64,000 bases of DNA from the human T2T-CHM13v2.0 reference genome, Homo sapiens. Of the stretch, positions 13,578-27,440 are shown piece after piece (position 1 is the stretch's first letter; every line of letters starts with the position of its first letter). The stretch lies in the NCBI RefSeq assembly GCF_009914755.1, contig NC_060947.1, one strand, 5' to 3'. The notes below the pieces were generated by a model that had not been told where the DNA came from, made no database searches, and worked only from the letters and a program-made list of their open reading frames with translations. The translations under genes were made by a program, and so were the position numbers.

Positions 13578-15015
13578 CCAAATTATAACCTGGAGATTGA
13601 CCATTAAGCCCAAAATCAAAGCAAGAGTGGTGTGCTGGATGACATTAGTTGACTCTGAATAATTCATATGCTCCACTGGAAAAACAACATATACTCCTTC
13701 CATCATGGAGATAAATCTGTGATGGGGAATTGAATACTTAGGTCAGCTGGTGAGGTCACTCTCCTCTTTGGAAAGGTCTTGAGAGACACTGAAAAATTGT
13801 CCCTCTTTGGATTTAACCCTTCCTAAATTCCTTGCAAACAGAGATCTTTTCCGTTTACACATAATCTCTTTTCATGAAGTATAATGCAATTGATTGGGGC
13901 ACAGCTATTGATACACATATCTTTCTGAGACTATACTCTGGGCCCCTTTATTTAAATTTGGATATAAATTATTTGGTCATTCATTTATTAAGTGTTGCTT
14001 TGGGTATATTATTGTCAATATTTTAAAAATGTTCACATTTAGAAACATTACCTTAAGTTTTGGAAGATTCATGTTTTTAGTCAATAGGTGTGTTTTTCTT
14101 TTGTTTTGTTTTGTTTTTGAGTGTCTGTCAAGGGCTAAACCCTCTTGTAGGTGCCAGTGATGCTGGAGTGACGAAGAGAGAAGGTCTCATTTCATATGGT
14201 ATTCTTGCTGCTGTTTATCCCATGAACTAATTACATTAATGGGTCCACAAACCGCATACCCCATACCGAGCTAACCTACTTTATAATATTATCAAAATAA
14301 GGTGCTTAGAGGCAAGGAAACTTGGCTTAATGGGACACATCTAGCCACCCTAAGGAAAAACAGATGAAGACAATGTCGATTCAATTAAAATAACTGGTGA
14401 ACATGCCAACACAAAAATCTACAAAGTTGTAATGGATTCTAGTTGTCTAATGCTCTGAAGATTAATGTTGAAACCATTTGCAGTACTGCAGCCACTAAAA
14501 GCCAAAAAAAAAAAAAATGGAGATACAGTGCCTCAAACGTTGGTCCTTTCACTTTAAGAAACTTCTTCGACCCAATCAACAAGCAAGATCCAGTCGGGGC
14601 CTGGATGGATATTTATGATTTCAAATACACCATAGGAGATTTGGCTCTGAAATGTGACTGATTGGAACAATCTCCAACTAGGGAGTCTGAGGCTCTGAGG
14701 CATATGTGCATTAAAAAGGAAAAGGAAGAAGTAGAAGTGGAAAAGTAGAAGATACAAATCAAAATGCACATTGCTTATTCTAACTGTTCTGGGTGTTGCC
14801 TTTCTGAAAGTAAATAAATTCTGCAAAATTTACAGCTTAGCCTATGAGTACATTGGCTAGACTTCTAACTTCCCTTGACCTCAGGTAGTACTTTAAAAAA
14901 AAAAAAAAACTTAACCATATCCAGACTAAACAAAATGGGTGCCAGATCTCAAAGACAAGGCTCATAGCCAATAGTGAGGAATTCAGAATGCTTTTTTTCT
15001 ATTTTTCTATTTCTG

Positions 15016-15140
15016 AATTCATTCATTCTTCCAATATTTGTTGAAAACCTACTGCAAGCCAGGCAAAATGATAGGCATCTGGGATACACATGGTGCCTAC
15101 CTTCGTGAAGTTTACAATCTAGTGAGAGGGACAGGTAATA
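15016..15140 (-). mobile_element. L2 3' end fragment
   Basis: ATTCATTCATTC..ATATTTGTTGAAAACCTACT..CTTCGTGAAGTTTACAATCTAGTG. Confidence 0.65.
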
Positions 15141-16543
15141 AAGAAACCAATGACACACACAAAAAAAGAAAGGCAAGACCAAGAGGAAAAAAGAGTCTAA
15201 GAAGAAGTAGAACTTTAGCCTTTTATGCTCTTGTATAAATTCAGATGAACCATGTATGTGCCTGTTGTGGTGTCTGAGATACCACCATTAGAGATTCATT
15301 TGAGGGGTCTCAGAAAATCTGTCAGTGTTTCCAATCGCTTCAGTAAAATGGAAATACCCCTGGGGGAAGGTATTCTTCAAATACTCAGTTTCTTCAAAGA
15401 ACTCAGGTTCCTTGTTATCTTTCTACTATTCCATCTGGGTAAGGCCAATCCTCCTGGCAAATAGAAATCACAGAGAGAATCAGCTACTCAAGTTTCTGCA
15501 TTCCCAAAATAGATTCTACAAATCAACAAGACAATGAGCCTCTGGTATGTCCTAATTCAAGGTTATTTCCAGGTAATAATATGTAACCACACGATTTATA
15601 AGGTACATTAAATTTGACCAAGGTCAGTGAGAGAAACAACTGGTTAGCACCATACCTTTAAGATCTCAAGAGTGTGAGGTCAATTTGACTCATTCATATG
15701 TAACCAAACTGCATTTCCCTAATGACCTCCTCTTTTGTCTATGACATATTTCTTACCAGACCTTCACTCTCTCACACTTCTTACCAGAACTTCCCCCCAG
15801 ATGAAGTTAGCTCAGTCAAATTTGTCACCATGCCTAATTACTATTGACTTCATGTGCATATACTTTTCAACTTTATGGCCATAATCATAAGGGGAGTCTT
15901 ATCATCAGAGTATTCAGGAATGGTTCCTGATCAGTTCAGCCCTTACTGAAACTTTCACTCTGTTTGACCCAAATCCCACTGCATTATTGTCTTCTCTCAT
16001 GATTTTGTTCAAAAGAATGTAAAGTATCCCACAGATCTCCTGGATCCTTCTCAGTTTTATTTGTTTTTCCATAAGTTCTCATTAACTTGCATACTTTTCT
16101 AAATTTACTAGCTAAACTCCTTTTATTTCTATAAACAAATGTAATACGTTTTCCTCCTTTAGCAAGATAGATTTCTCTTTTGATTCACATGACCCATTCA
16201 ACAGTTTATTCTTTCTACATTTATTTCTTCCTCAAAATCAGGCTTATTTTAGTTATCTTTATAGCCATCTCAGTATAATCTAACATTGAGGTGGTAAAAA
16301 GTAGGTACCCATTGAATGTTATTGACAAAATGTATCAACTGATACCTTATTATAGTTGATAGATCTTTGGGAGTAAGACTTTCTAAGGAAAAGACATAGA
16401 GTGGGAAAATATATGGGGTGGGAGATGTAAAACTGGGAGATGGGGTTATAACAATGACTAACTGTTCATTTCCATGATTCTGCTTTGGGTAGGTCCTTTC
16501 TTCCAAGGGAACATTTGGTACTGGTTTAAGAAATTTTGTTTTT

Positions 16544-16931
<388 letters not shown>

Positions 16932-17119
16932 TTAACCTAGCTTTCTGGAATCGTAACCCTAAATTAAAGTAAATAAAAAGACATACATAAAGTATCTAAC
17001 ACAATGCTGGCCCAAAAAAGATGCTTGGTAAATATTCATTTCCTTCCAAATGGGGGTCAAGTTGTAGTAACTGACTAATCTCAGGGGCCTAGGTAACATC
17101 TCTTCTGTTTTCTTTAGAC

Positions 17120-17306
17120 CATTGCTTCTCAAGGTGTGGTGCTTGGACCAGTAGCATCAAAATCAAGTGAGAGCTTGTAAGAAATCAGAATCCCATTCCT
17201 CATCCCAAACATACTGAAATAGATACTTTGGGGGTGGGCTTACAATTTGTGTTTTAACATGTTCTTTAGATTATTCAGGTTGGATGCTCACGTTTGAGAA
17301 GCATTA
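17120..17306. mobile_element. MER5A (hAT-Charlie MITE)
   Basis: Degenerate TIRs CATTGCTTCTCAA / TTGAGAAGCATTA; 8-bp TSD CTTTAGAC / CTATAGAC. Confidence 0.85.
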
Positions 17307-17999
17307 CTATAGACAGTTCTGCTGTTTCTCCTTTAAATGTTTTACTTTGTTTTATGTTTTAACCTATAAGCTACCTTAAATTGCTTGGCAAAATGCCAGG
17401 ATATAAACCTACCTAAAATGTATATTAAATGAACTGAATAGCTTGCCAAAAGAAGATCTAAACTGGAATAGAACTCCTTCCTACAAATCTCTCCAGTACC
17501 CAAATTCCTATTAACTAAGTTCTGCTTTAGAAAAGTTAGGCCCTTTGTTTACCATTTCATATTGTCCTACTGTTCATGCTGTTAACTGAAAAAAGGCTGC
17601 ACTGAAACTCAAGTTGTGAGTCAGGCATGAGTTTTAATTAAGCTGTGCTGCCTAATGCTGTTCCATTCCATGAAATTCTACTTCCAAAGTTTATTCTCTC
17701 CCAATTTTCTAATTCTTCCACATTAAAACTTTCCTTTGGGTCCACCAAATAATAAATAGCATGCCTAACTGCTTGAGTTGTCTTGATTAAGTATCTGATT
17801 ATAGCTGCTATCTACATACAAATGGCTCTTGGCTATTAGACTTCTGAGTGTTGCATAGAAGTCTGTTTTCTGCACACACACACATTCCAGCCACCTGAAA
17901 TAAGAACCCAAATTTCTCAGGCACTGGTGGCTCCAGGTGGAATGGTCCTTAAGTTGGTAATCTCCCTTGAAATGCTTTGGCCCATCAGGGACGTTATGT

Positions 18000-18009
18000 C
18001 CTTATAAGG
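18000..18009. promoter_or_regulatory. Perfect CArG box (candidate SRF site) in non-repetitive DNA
   Basis: CCTTATAAGG fits CC(A/T)6GG; function is not shown by sequence alone. Confidence 0.3.
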
Positions 18010-18439
18010 CCTGTTGAAAATCTGCTAACAAATTAGTGGTCTTAAAGGTTAAACGACAGTTTGACAAACATACGTTTAAAAGGGAAGGCGCATGCCAGAC
18101 GAGTGCCCTCCTGACACTCTGCCTGCTGGGGGTTAGTTAAAGCAGCATCGAATTGCAGGCTTTGGGGCCAGTTTAAGTAACAGAAAAGAAAACAGTGTAA
18201 CATGTGGCAGACACAGGCCTGCAGAGAGGAAAACAGCTAATAAAATGGCTACGTAAAGCAAGTAAAAATTTCTTCCCTACTCAGATCTCAATACTGTTAC
18301 AATAATAAACAATTATAATATCCCCTTTGCTTGCTGCACAACTAGGAATCAGACAAAACAAATGGATGGGCTGGAGAAAACCATTGCAGGCAATGTAATT
18401 CCCAACATCTAGTTAAGTTCTGATGTTTTCAAGCAGCAA

Positions 18440-18560
18440 GATAAGGCATGGTGAAAGAAGCATGAACTGGAAATCAGGACAGTTGGGTTTTACTCCAGGC
18501 TCTACCACATTTAGGCTATGTGACAGTGAGCTTCAGCTTTCTTTGAAATTTCCTCACAGA
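18440..18560 (+). mobile_element. MIR fragment
   Basis: GCATGGTGAAAGAAGCATGAACTGGAAATCAGGACAGTTGGGTTT..GGCTCTACCAC..GCTATGTGAC. Confidence 0.6.
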
Positions 18561-18684
18561 AATATATGTTACTATCATATCCTTGACTTTTACTCAGAAT
18601 TGATATGACAAATGACCATATGAAAAAAATATTTGTGTGTTTAGTAAAGCCTCCATTAAAAAGACACCCATACACATATAACTC

Positions 18685-18900
18685 CAACACTTACTAAATA
18701 ATTAATATGGGGAAGACACTGTGGTTAGAAGTTTACCTATATTATCTTATGTAATCTTCAGAAAATATCCTGTAAGAGAGATACTATTATCCTGATTATT
18801 ACAAACCAAAAAACTGAGGCTTAAAATGGCCCAAAGTATATGCTATTGCTAGAATTTTAGTCTGGTTGTGCTAACACCAAATTCCATGTTTTATTCACTG
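18685..18900 (-). mobile_element. MIR
   Basis: TACTATTATCCTGATTATTACAAACCAAAAAACTGAGGCT is the antisense MIR core. Confidence 0.65.
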
Positions 18901-20374
18901 TGTCTTGTGGGGTACAGATGTTCTGTCTATAAAAATTAACAAGATTTATTCATTTGAGTTTTACATTACAAAGAAGTCTGCTTTTTGGCTCATTCTATGT
19001 ATTTTTATCAGATAATATGAACTATGTAACACAATATATTTAACTTTTGCTTTGTCTCCTTAGGAATTGAAAGCTGCATTTGGGCTCAGTTTTGGCAACC
19101 ACCTTTTTGGTCTGTTCCTGATTACCATATTTCCTCCTCTTCTCCACTTCATAGCTCTTGCTCTTTTCTAATTGTCCTATTTTTTTTATTTTTACATCTT
19201 TATTTTTTATTTATATAAATTTGAGGAGTACAAGTGCAATTTTGTTACATGCACAGTGGTCAACTCAAGGTTTTTAGGGTATCCATCACTCAAATGACCT
19301 ACATTATATTCATTAAAAATTCCATCTTTACATTTAAAATTTGGTAAGTTCATCAAGGTATGTCTTTATATGGATTATATTTTATTAGTTTTTCCCTAGA
19401 TATGGTTTGTTCATTTAAACTACAGATTTCAAGTTCTGTTTTAGGAAATTTTTTTCTTACTCAAGCTTTTAAATTTAATTTTTGCTTTTATTAGAGTAAT
19501 ACAACTATCAAACAGAACTATAAAAATCAGTACTTTTCTTACAAAAAATAGCCATCCCTTTCTTATCCCTCCCTAGGTCCTCAGAGATAATCTCCTTCAA
19601 CAGTTGAAGGTATTTTTTCTGGCATGCAACTCCATATTTTAAAAAATGTGCTTATACTTAATACATGTTAGACTTTATTGATGATGTCTTATTAACTGAT
19701 ACAACCCTGCTATGATTTCACCTTCCTCCATCTTCCAAATATAGTTATAATACAATTATTTATTGGCTTAATAGTCATGTAAATGCTATTCACAGCTGAA
19801 CTGAGGAGTGTACAATGATTGCATTTCTTTGTATGCACCTTTTTTCTTCTTGTTGTTCATATTTGGCTCATTATTTTCCTGGGATTGAAAGTGGCCTCCT
19901 TTTTCCACGTGCTTAATTTCCTTTGCATCTATTGTTATTTTTCCCTCATCTTCCAATAGCATCCCAGTATACTTTTTCTCAGAATCAACACTATCAGATT
20001 ATGAATTTCTGCTTTTTAAAATGTGTTTTGATATTTGTTTTCTGAGTGTACTTGCATTTAGATCCCTCCATTTTCCTAGTCCAATCTGGACTATTTGCTC
20101 TCTAGGCTTACTGAACAATTTTAATTATAGAGATTTCTTTATCTTTCTCCTTATACCCTCCATTTTACATTTTCTTCTGCCTTAGTTTATTTTGTCATTT
20201 TCCATGAGCACACCCTCCACAAGCTTTCTGAGAGATGGTGCATGGGAGGTAAATGTTGTTTCAATGCATAATTGAATCCTCCTTTATTATACTTTTTCTC
20301 TTAGTTTGGCTGACTATAAATTTTTAGATTGAAAAATAATATTCCTGAGAATTTTGAATGCCTTCCCTCTCTCC

Positions 20375-21378
20375 TTTCCTTCCTGGACTCAAATTACCTC
20401 ATATGTTAGACATTTGATATTACCTAAAGTCCATGAGACTCTATTTATTTTTTTCTCTATAATTTTTCCTATATATTTTTATGATTGGGTAATTTCTATT
20501 GAACTATCTTCAATTTTACCAACTTTTTATTTTGTGATCTCCATTCTGCTTCATTCTGCTTGACTTCTGTTTGATTGCATTTTCCCCCAAAAAATGGGTG
20601 AAATTTTCCTTACTCTTTATCAGGTTATCTTTCATTAAATTCAAATATTATATTTTTCAGTTATAAAATTTCTATAGTTAATTTTTATATTATTTATTTT
20701 TCTGCTGAGCTTTCTTGTTTTTTGATTCGTTGTGAGCAAATTTCCATTTACCTTATTGAGCATTATAATGATAGAAGCACTTCTTAAAAATTATTGAGAA
20801 ATTTAGAAACACCTTTGTTTATATAAATCACACATATCAAAATTTATCATATTGCAAGTTAACACTGATTTTTAAATGTAAGAATATTTATGATGGTATT
20901 AGAGCAATGGTGTCATCACACATTGTAGAACCTCTGGGAAATTTCCATGTACTCTTGTGAGACAATATTTTTATGAAAAATATTTTGAATTTGTAGATTC
21001 ACTAAAAGGATCCCAGTTAATGCTTTGAAAACTACTGCTATAATGATTACTTACTTTGAAGTTTTTGACTGTTGATTCTAACATCTGGGTTGGCCTCTGT
21101 TTGATTGCATTTTCCCTTAGGAATGGGTGATGTTTTCCTGATCCCTCAAATGTCAAGCAATTTTGGTTTGTATTTAAGACATGAACAATGTTATGTTGTG
21201 GAGACTTTGTATTCTGTCATATCCATATGAAGAGTGTTGATGATTTTGTTTTGGCAGGCAATTAACTTGATTACATTCCAACTGTAAACTTTGTTTTGCC
21301 TGCAGTAGACAACAGCTCCATTCTCTGCTCAGTTCTTTAATTCTTGGGTTGAAAGTTATTTAAAATCTGCCTGGTGTG

Positions 21379-21423
<45 letters not shown>

Positions 21424-21780
21424 TGTGTATTTCTCTGTGTTTTTTTCTTTCAGGTTTTCCCCTTAACTCCCCAGTGGCCATGATTTCTTCAAGACTGATT
21501 TCCTGCTTAATTTGGCAGGAAAAATTTCAGGCTTGCTATCAGAGTTTCAGCTGTGCTGTGACTAAAACCAGCTTATGCAAAAACTACAAAAATGGGAGAC
21601 TCACTGGTCTGTCACTTCAACCAAATTTTGAATCCTTTCTTCAATTTGCCTGCTTTTTATTCATTCTCCAGAGCTCTTAAATAGATATTTTGTCTATATT
21701 TCCCAGAGTTTATATTTGTATCTGCAGCAGAGTCAGTGTATTATTGACTTATGCCTCCAAACTATAAGTGAAATTTGCAT
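20375..21780 (-). mobile_element. Ancient L1M 5'/ORF1 region with an inserted hAT-Charlie MITE (20771-21037)
   Basis: L1 ORF1-like antisense sequence; MITE terminus TTTGAAAACTACTG; TSD TTATAATG / CTATAATG. Confidence 0.65.
21374..21422. repeat. (TG)n microsatellite
   Basis: Read directly from sequence. Confidence 0.95.
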
Positions 21781-22059
21781 GTACTTAAAGCCTTCCCAGA
21801 ACGCTCATTTCAGATGGAATTTATGATCCTTTCTCCCCTATGAGTTATATCTGTAGATGTATTATACCGTATATTTGTTTAATTTATCACATTAAATTTT
21901 AATTATTTTTTGACATTTCTATCTCCCCAACAATACTGGGACAAGGTCTTAGCTTTTCTGTTTCCATAATCACAATAGGTTCTCAATGAATGAACTGGAC
22001 AAATTAAGTAAATGAGCATTTCAGACAAAAGCAATGGAATATGTATAGATCCTGTGGAG

Positions 22060-22460
22060 GATGGGAGCATCACACATTAAAGGATCTGAAAGAAGCACCT
22101 TGTGGCTAAATCACAGAAAGTAAATGAGAGTGTACTATGAGATGAGAACGAAAAGATAATACGACCAGACCTTGCAGGGAATTATAGGACATGTTAAGAA
22201 TTTTGTTTTTGTCTAAAGAGCAGTCAGAAGTATTTTAAGCCAGGTAAAGTGGGGCAGTGGCAGATCAGACTTCTTTTTAAAATCAAATATCTTCTAGCTT
22301 TATATAGCGATTGCAGATTGAATAGCTAGCAGACCAGAATGGATGGAGGTGTACCAGCCAGGAGACTACTGTGGAAATCCGGGGAAGAGATGATACTTCA
22401 GAATGGGGTGGAGTTAGAATAAAGTGGATAATTTCAGGAGGTATTTAGTGTATACTAGCT
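22060..22460 (-). mobile_element. L2 fragment
   Basis: CCAGACCTTGCAGGG..TTTTAAGC..GATCAGACTT..AGGAGACTACTG..AATCCGGGGAAGAGATGAT. Confidence 0.6.
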
Positions 22461-23249
22461 CCAAAATCTAGAATGGATTACTAGTATCTGGGAAGAACTT
22501 GTATATAATTAAATATAAATTGAAGTAGATTGAAAAGCAGAGTTGATAACCTACCAGTATTATACAGGAGAACCTTTTCTAAATATGAGTAAGTAGAAAG
22601 ATTCATTGTTTTTCCACATTATCTAACTCTGATTCAGAAGTAGAAATTTGGTACCCACCAGAAAACCAGGAAACTGTCACTCTATTGCATAAATGCCACA
22701 TACTGAGGCAGCTAGAGGGCATTTTTTTTCTATTCCCTGCGTCCATATCGATACATCCCTGTATCAAGTCAAAAATTGTGTTTCTTAGAAAATAACAATA
22801 TATAGCTCTGTGAACATGTAACAAAGTATGGTAGTGTGGCTGAAAAAGAAAAAAAATTACGGTAGCAGTGCATACTGGGAACTGAAATATTTTACGTTCT
22901 CCCTCTGTTTTGAATGTGAGAAAATCAGGAATGTTGAGTAGGATATATCCTTTAAGTTTAGGAGAATTGTAATAGAGGAATTCCTGATATTGATCTTAGA
23001 ACTATATCCAGATATATGCATTTCATTCTGTTGTTGAGCTATGCATCTTAGAAGGGGATTTGATCAACACCAAGTAGACAAATTTAAATAAGGTACATTC
23101 TAATCACTCTTTCTGTCGATAAACACAGGGACAAGAAAAAACAAAACAAATAAACAAATTTTAAAAACGCTCCAGGAGAAAGTTAAGGTAAGATGAACTT
23201 GAAGATTAAAAAAAAAAAGATACCAATGTATTTTTTTCATATGAAGTAA

Positions 23250-25590
23250 GACCAAGAAGTTATACAGAATAAATGAACAGATAAAAACCACAATAACATT
23301 GAACAAAAACAGAGATGAATGAACTATATTCCAAGACAGAGAACTAGATTACAAAGGAGGAATTACAAGAAAACTAAAAACGCATTTGACAAAATTAAAA
23401 AATCTAACCTAGAGTCAGTAAAAAGTACTGCAATAGAAGAACAAAGTTGAGACATTCTCTGAGTAAATATTAAGAGAATAAAGAGAATAAAGATATGAAA
23501 CAAGATGACAGAGAACATGAGATATGAAAGACAATAAATTAAACTGCAATCTAATTACTATTTTAGAAAAATATTGAATAATTTGCACAAAAACAATAAT
23601 CAAACATATAATTGAGGGAACATTAGGTGAATTTAAAGCCTCAGTATTTGGATGAAAAAAAAGCTTACCATGTTTCAAGATAAATCAGAAAAAAAACCTA
23701 CATGTAGAAAAATCTTGGCAAAAATTTTGAAATACCAGGATAAAGACAAAACTATAGAAACAACCAGATAGAAAATAGCTACCTAAAAAAAATTGTCTGT
23801 TCTTAAAATTCTACTCTTTTACATCAAACATTAAAGGATAATGAAAGGATAATGAAGCAAACTATTCAGTTCTGAGGGAAAGAAGTTGAAAACCAGTAAT
23901 TTTATTCCCACCCATCTTACTTGAATATACACAGGTAATAGGAAATAGAAAGACTTTCTCTAATATTCTGGAACTTAGAAAACAGATAATTTATTTGTTC
24001 TTACTTGAAAATTGCTTGCACATGTATTCCAAGCAAATTAATTGAAATTAAGAACACATAAATAGGGAAGTCACTTATAAAGAAATTTGAGAATGATCAT
24101 TGAAACCATATAATCATAGATCTGTATTTTCAAAAATTCAAATTGAATTAAAAGACTGAATTTGAATATAAAGTGAATTATATTTAGAGGAGAAGACTCA
24201 GAAGGTACTAGTTTCTTCTTGACTTTCCTAAATAGAGAACATAAAATAATCTTTTTGATAACTTTAATTGAAAATCTCTGGAAGATTTTTTTCCTAATAA
24301 AAATGTACATTTTTCAAAATATGGGAGAGGAGGCAAATAAACCTAGATAATAAAGCAAGAAAAAAACAAGTAAAAAAGGAATTGCTAAACAAAAATAAAT
24401 CTTGTGACCCTAAACTCACTGAGCCAACGGGAAAAGTAAAGCTGGGAACTAGGTCATGCAAACCTGCCTCCCATTTTGGTTCCTAAATAAGATGCCTACA
24501 AAGATGAAAAGCTATGTACCTCCCTCACATTTTTCCCACAAGGAAATTTCTCGTGGGCTCCAAGATCTTTACCCAAAAACGATGCTGTTAACGTTTACCA
24601 TGGCAATGTAAACTTATAGCTTATCCTCACAGGTGTGGGGAAATAGGACAGAATTCAAAGTCATCCTCTATCCACTTGGGACAAATGCATATCTGATTGT
24701 TTCCTCTGCCCTATCGTCTACTTTATCTTATGTAAAAATGCAGATTTGCTGAGCCAAAGGCAAGAACATTTTCCCCTACCCCTCTCTCACATGAAAATTG
24801 TGTATTTCTCAGTATCTCACCCTTTCATCTTTAAATATTGAAGCCATCAAAATCATCTTAGTAGAAAGGCATAGATTTGTCTCTCAGGAGTGCATCCTTA
24901 ACTTTGGCAAATTAGTCTCTTAAAACAATTGCTACCAGCCTCAGTCATTTTCCTTGATTGACAGAATATAAAGGGGAAGAGCATGCAGCTAAAAAGAACT
25001 CAACAATAAATGTACACAGAATTATTACATCTCATGCAAGACAATAAATACAAAGAATTTTAACCTACCTATTGAAATAAAAATACTTTTAGATTAGGTT
25101 AAAAATCAGAGTTCAACTCCAAAATGCTTATAAAATACACAATTAAAACTAAATGATACAAGAAGATTAATCACTGAGCAATGCAAGAATATCTAGTGGG
25201 CAACCCAAACAAAAACAAAGTTAGAATAGCAAAATTAACTTCAGACAAGTAGAATTTAAGTTAAAAGTATTATAATAAAAAGGCTTAGTTTGTTTTTATC
25301 CAAAGTGTAATCTAATATGAAGGTATAATGGTTATCACCCTTTCTTTTCAGAATAACAAAGCAACAAAATGTGTATGGGAGAAAACTGTTAGAGAGGAAG
25401 GGAAATCTGAAAATAGCATAATTGAGGTTATTCATCTACTCATTCTTAGAATGACCAAAATAGCCAAAAAATAGAGACAGAAAAATTTTATTATATAGTT
25501 TGAAAGTTTGATTAATAGTTATATAAATTGGATTTTCTATTCTAGAAATAGAGAATACTGCTTTTTTTAGTATCCATTGAACATTTATGC
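23250..25590 (+). mobile_element. Highly decayed HAL1/L1M-type sequence
   Basis: A-rich remnants resembling ORF1 and the ORF2 endonuclease (TCAGACAAGTAGAATTTAAG); boundaries approximate. Confidence 0.45.
24383..24963 (+). mobile_element. ERV1 MER4-group solo LTR (MER4A-like)
   Basis: TG...CA ends; GGGAAAAGTAAAGCTGGGAACT..AAACCTGCCTCCCATT; 4-bp TSD GAAT (24379-24382 and 24964-24967). Confidence 0.85.
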
Positions 25591-25599
25591 AACTTTTCT

Positions 25600-26228
<629 letters not shown>

Positions 26229-26668
26229 TGCAACTTATCATTTCTTAAGGACAAAGAAAATTCAACACAGCGCAAGAAAGTAGAAATTGTATAGGCCATA
26301 CTCTTTGACAAAGATAAAAAAAACAATAAAGTTTAGAAAAGGAAAGAAACATTTCACTGACACTAAAATGAAAGAAAAACTCATAAACCATTCCTGGGGC
26401 TAGGAACTCTAAAGTAAAATAAAATGCAAATAAAATCAGGATGCAACATAGCTGACAGTATCTCTTCATCCTGGCTACACAAAATAATCTCAGGTGAAGT
26501 TTCTGCGTGTTAGCTTATTGGCTTTGCTTTCATTGGAAAAGATGCTGGAGCTTCCCTCACAGGAGATTTTATTTAGTAGGTTTCAGGTTTTGCTTTCTAG
26601 TCCCTAATTTCTAAAAACAAACAAACAAACAAAAAATCTCATGAGTATTTCTGACATGAAGTTAGTAG

Positions 26669-27348
26669 TGTTACAGTCTCGCCAATGCACCACAATGTAG
26701 CAGCCTCTGTTTGAGGTATCACCCAGAGTTATTTGTTTCACAACCAAGAAAATTAAGAAGCATGGACACAAGGGTGAGGTTGGAGCAAAAGTTTAATAAG
26801 CAAAAGAAGAAAGCACTCTGTAGTGGAGAGGGGGCCCCAAAGAGGATTGCCAATTATGATGCTGAGTCTGGGGTTTTTATGGACTGGGAAGGAGAGGAAT
26901 GTGCTGACTGGTCTGCAGGCTCTTTTGGAGAAAGCACCACTTAGAAAGAAGTATGATAATTTAAAGAATCAACTGGAGGCAGAGGTGAAGGCTTGGCCCA
27001 GGACCTTGGCCTGGGACCAATTAGGGGTTAAAGTGATGATTCACCCTATGTAAAGGAAGAATTAGCCTGCAGCCAATTACAGAAAGGTAAGCATATGTAA
27101 TAGAGATGAAAAGTAAGAGACAAATAGGTGAAAAGTAAGAGACTAAGGCATGCTGAAGAGAGAGAAATGTGTCCTAAAAGTGAGTAGAATTTGTTTATCT
27201 TGGTTCACAGAGTAAGCATTTACATCCAAGAACACAGGCTCTTATCTGAGGCCTGTAGTTTGATTTTTCAGAGTGTTCTTTGAAGCAGTTTTACCAAGGA
27301 CCTGCCCTAACTGCCTGCATGAATGATTTCTTATTTTCTCCTCTCTCA
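26669..27348 (-). mobile_element. ERV1 solo LTR (MER61-like)
   Basis: Minus strand runs TGAGAGAGGAG...GAGACTGTAACA; 4-bp TSD GTAG (26665-26668 and 27349-27352). Confidence 0.82.
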
Positions 27349-27440
27349 GTAGGCTATCAAAGTTGTAGTCTGAGACAAATTCAGAACCTTCAATATTTTT
27401 ATTAAATTAGGTAAAGAAATGAGAAGAATAAAGAAAGAAA

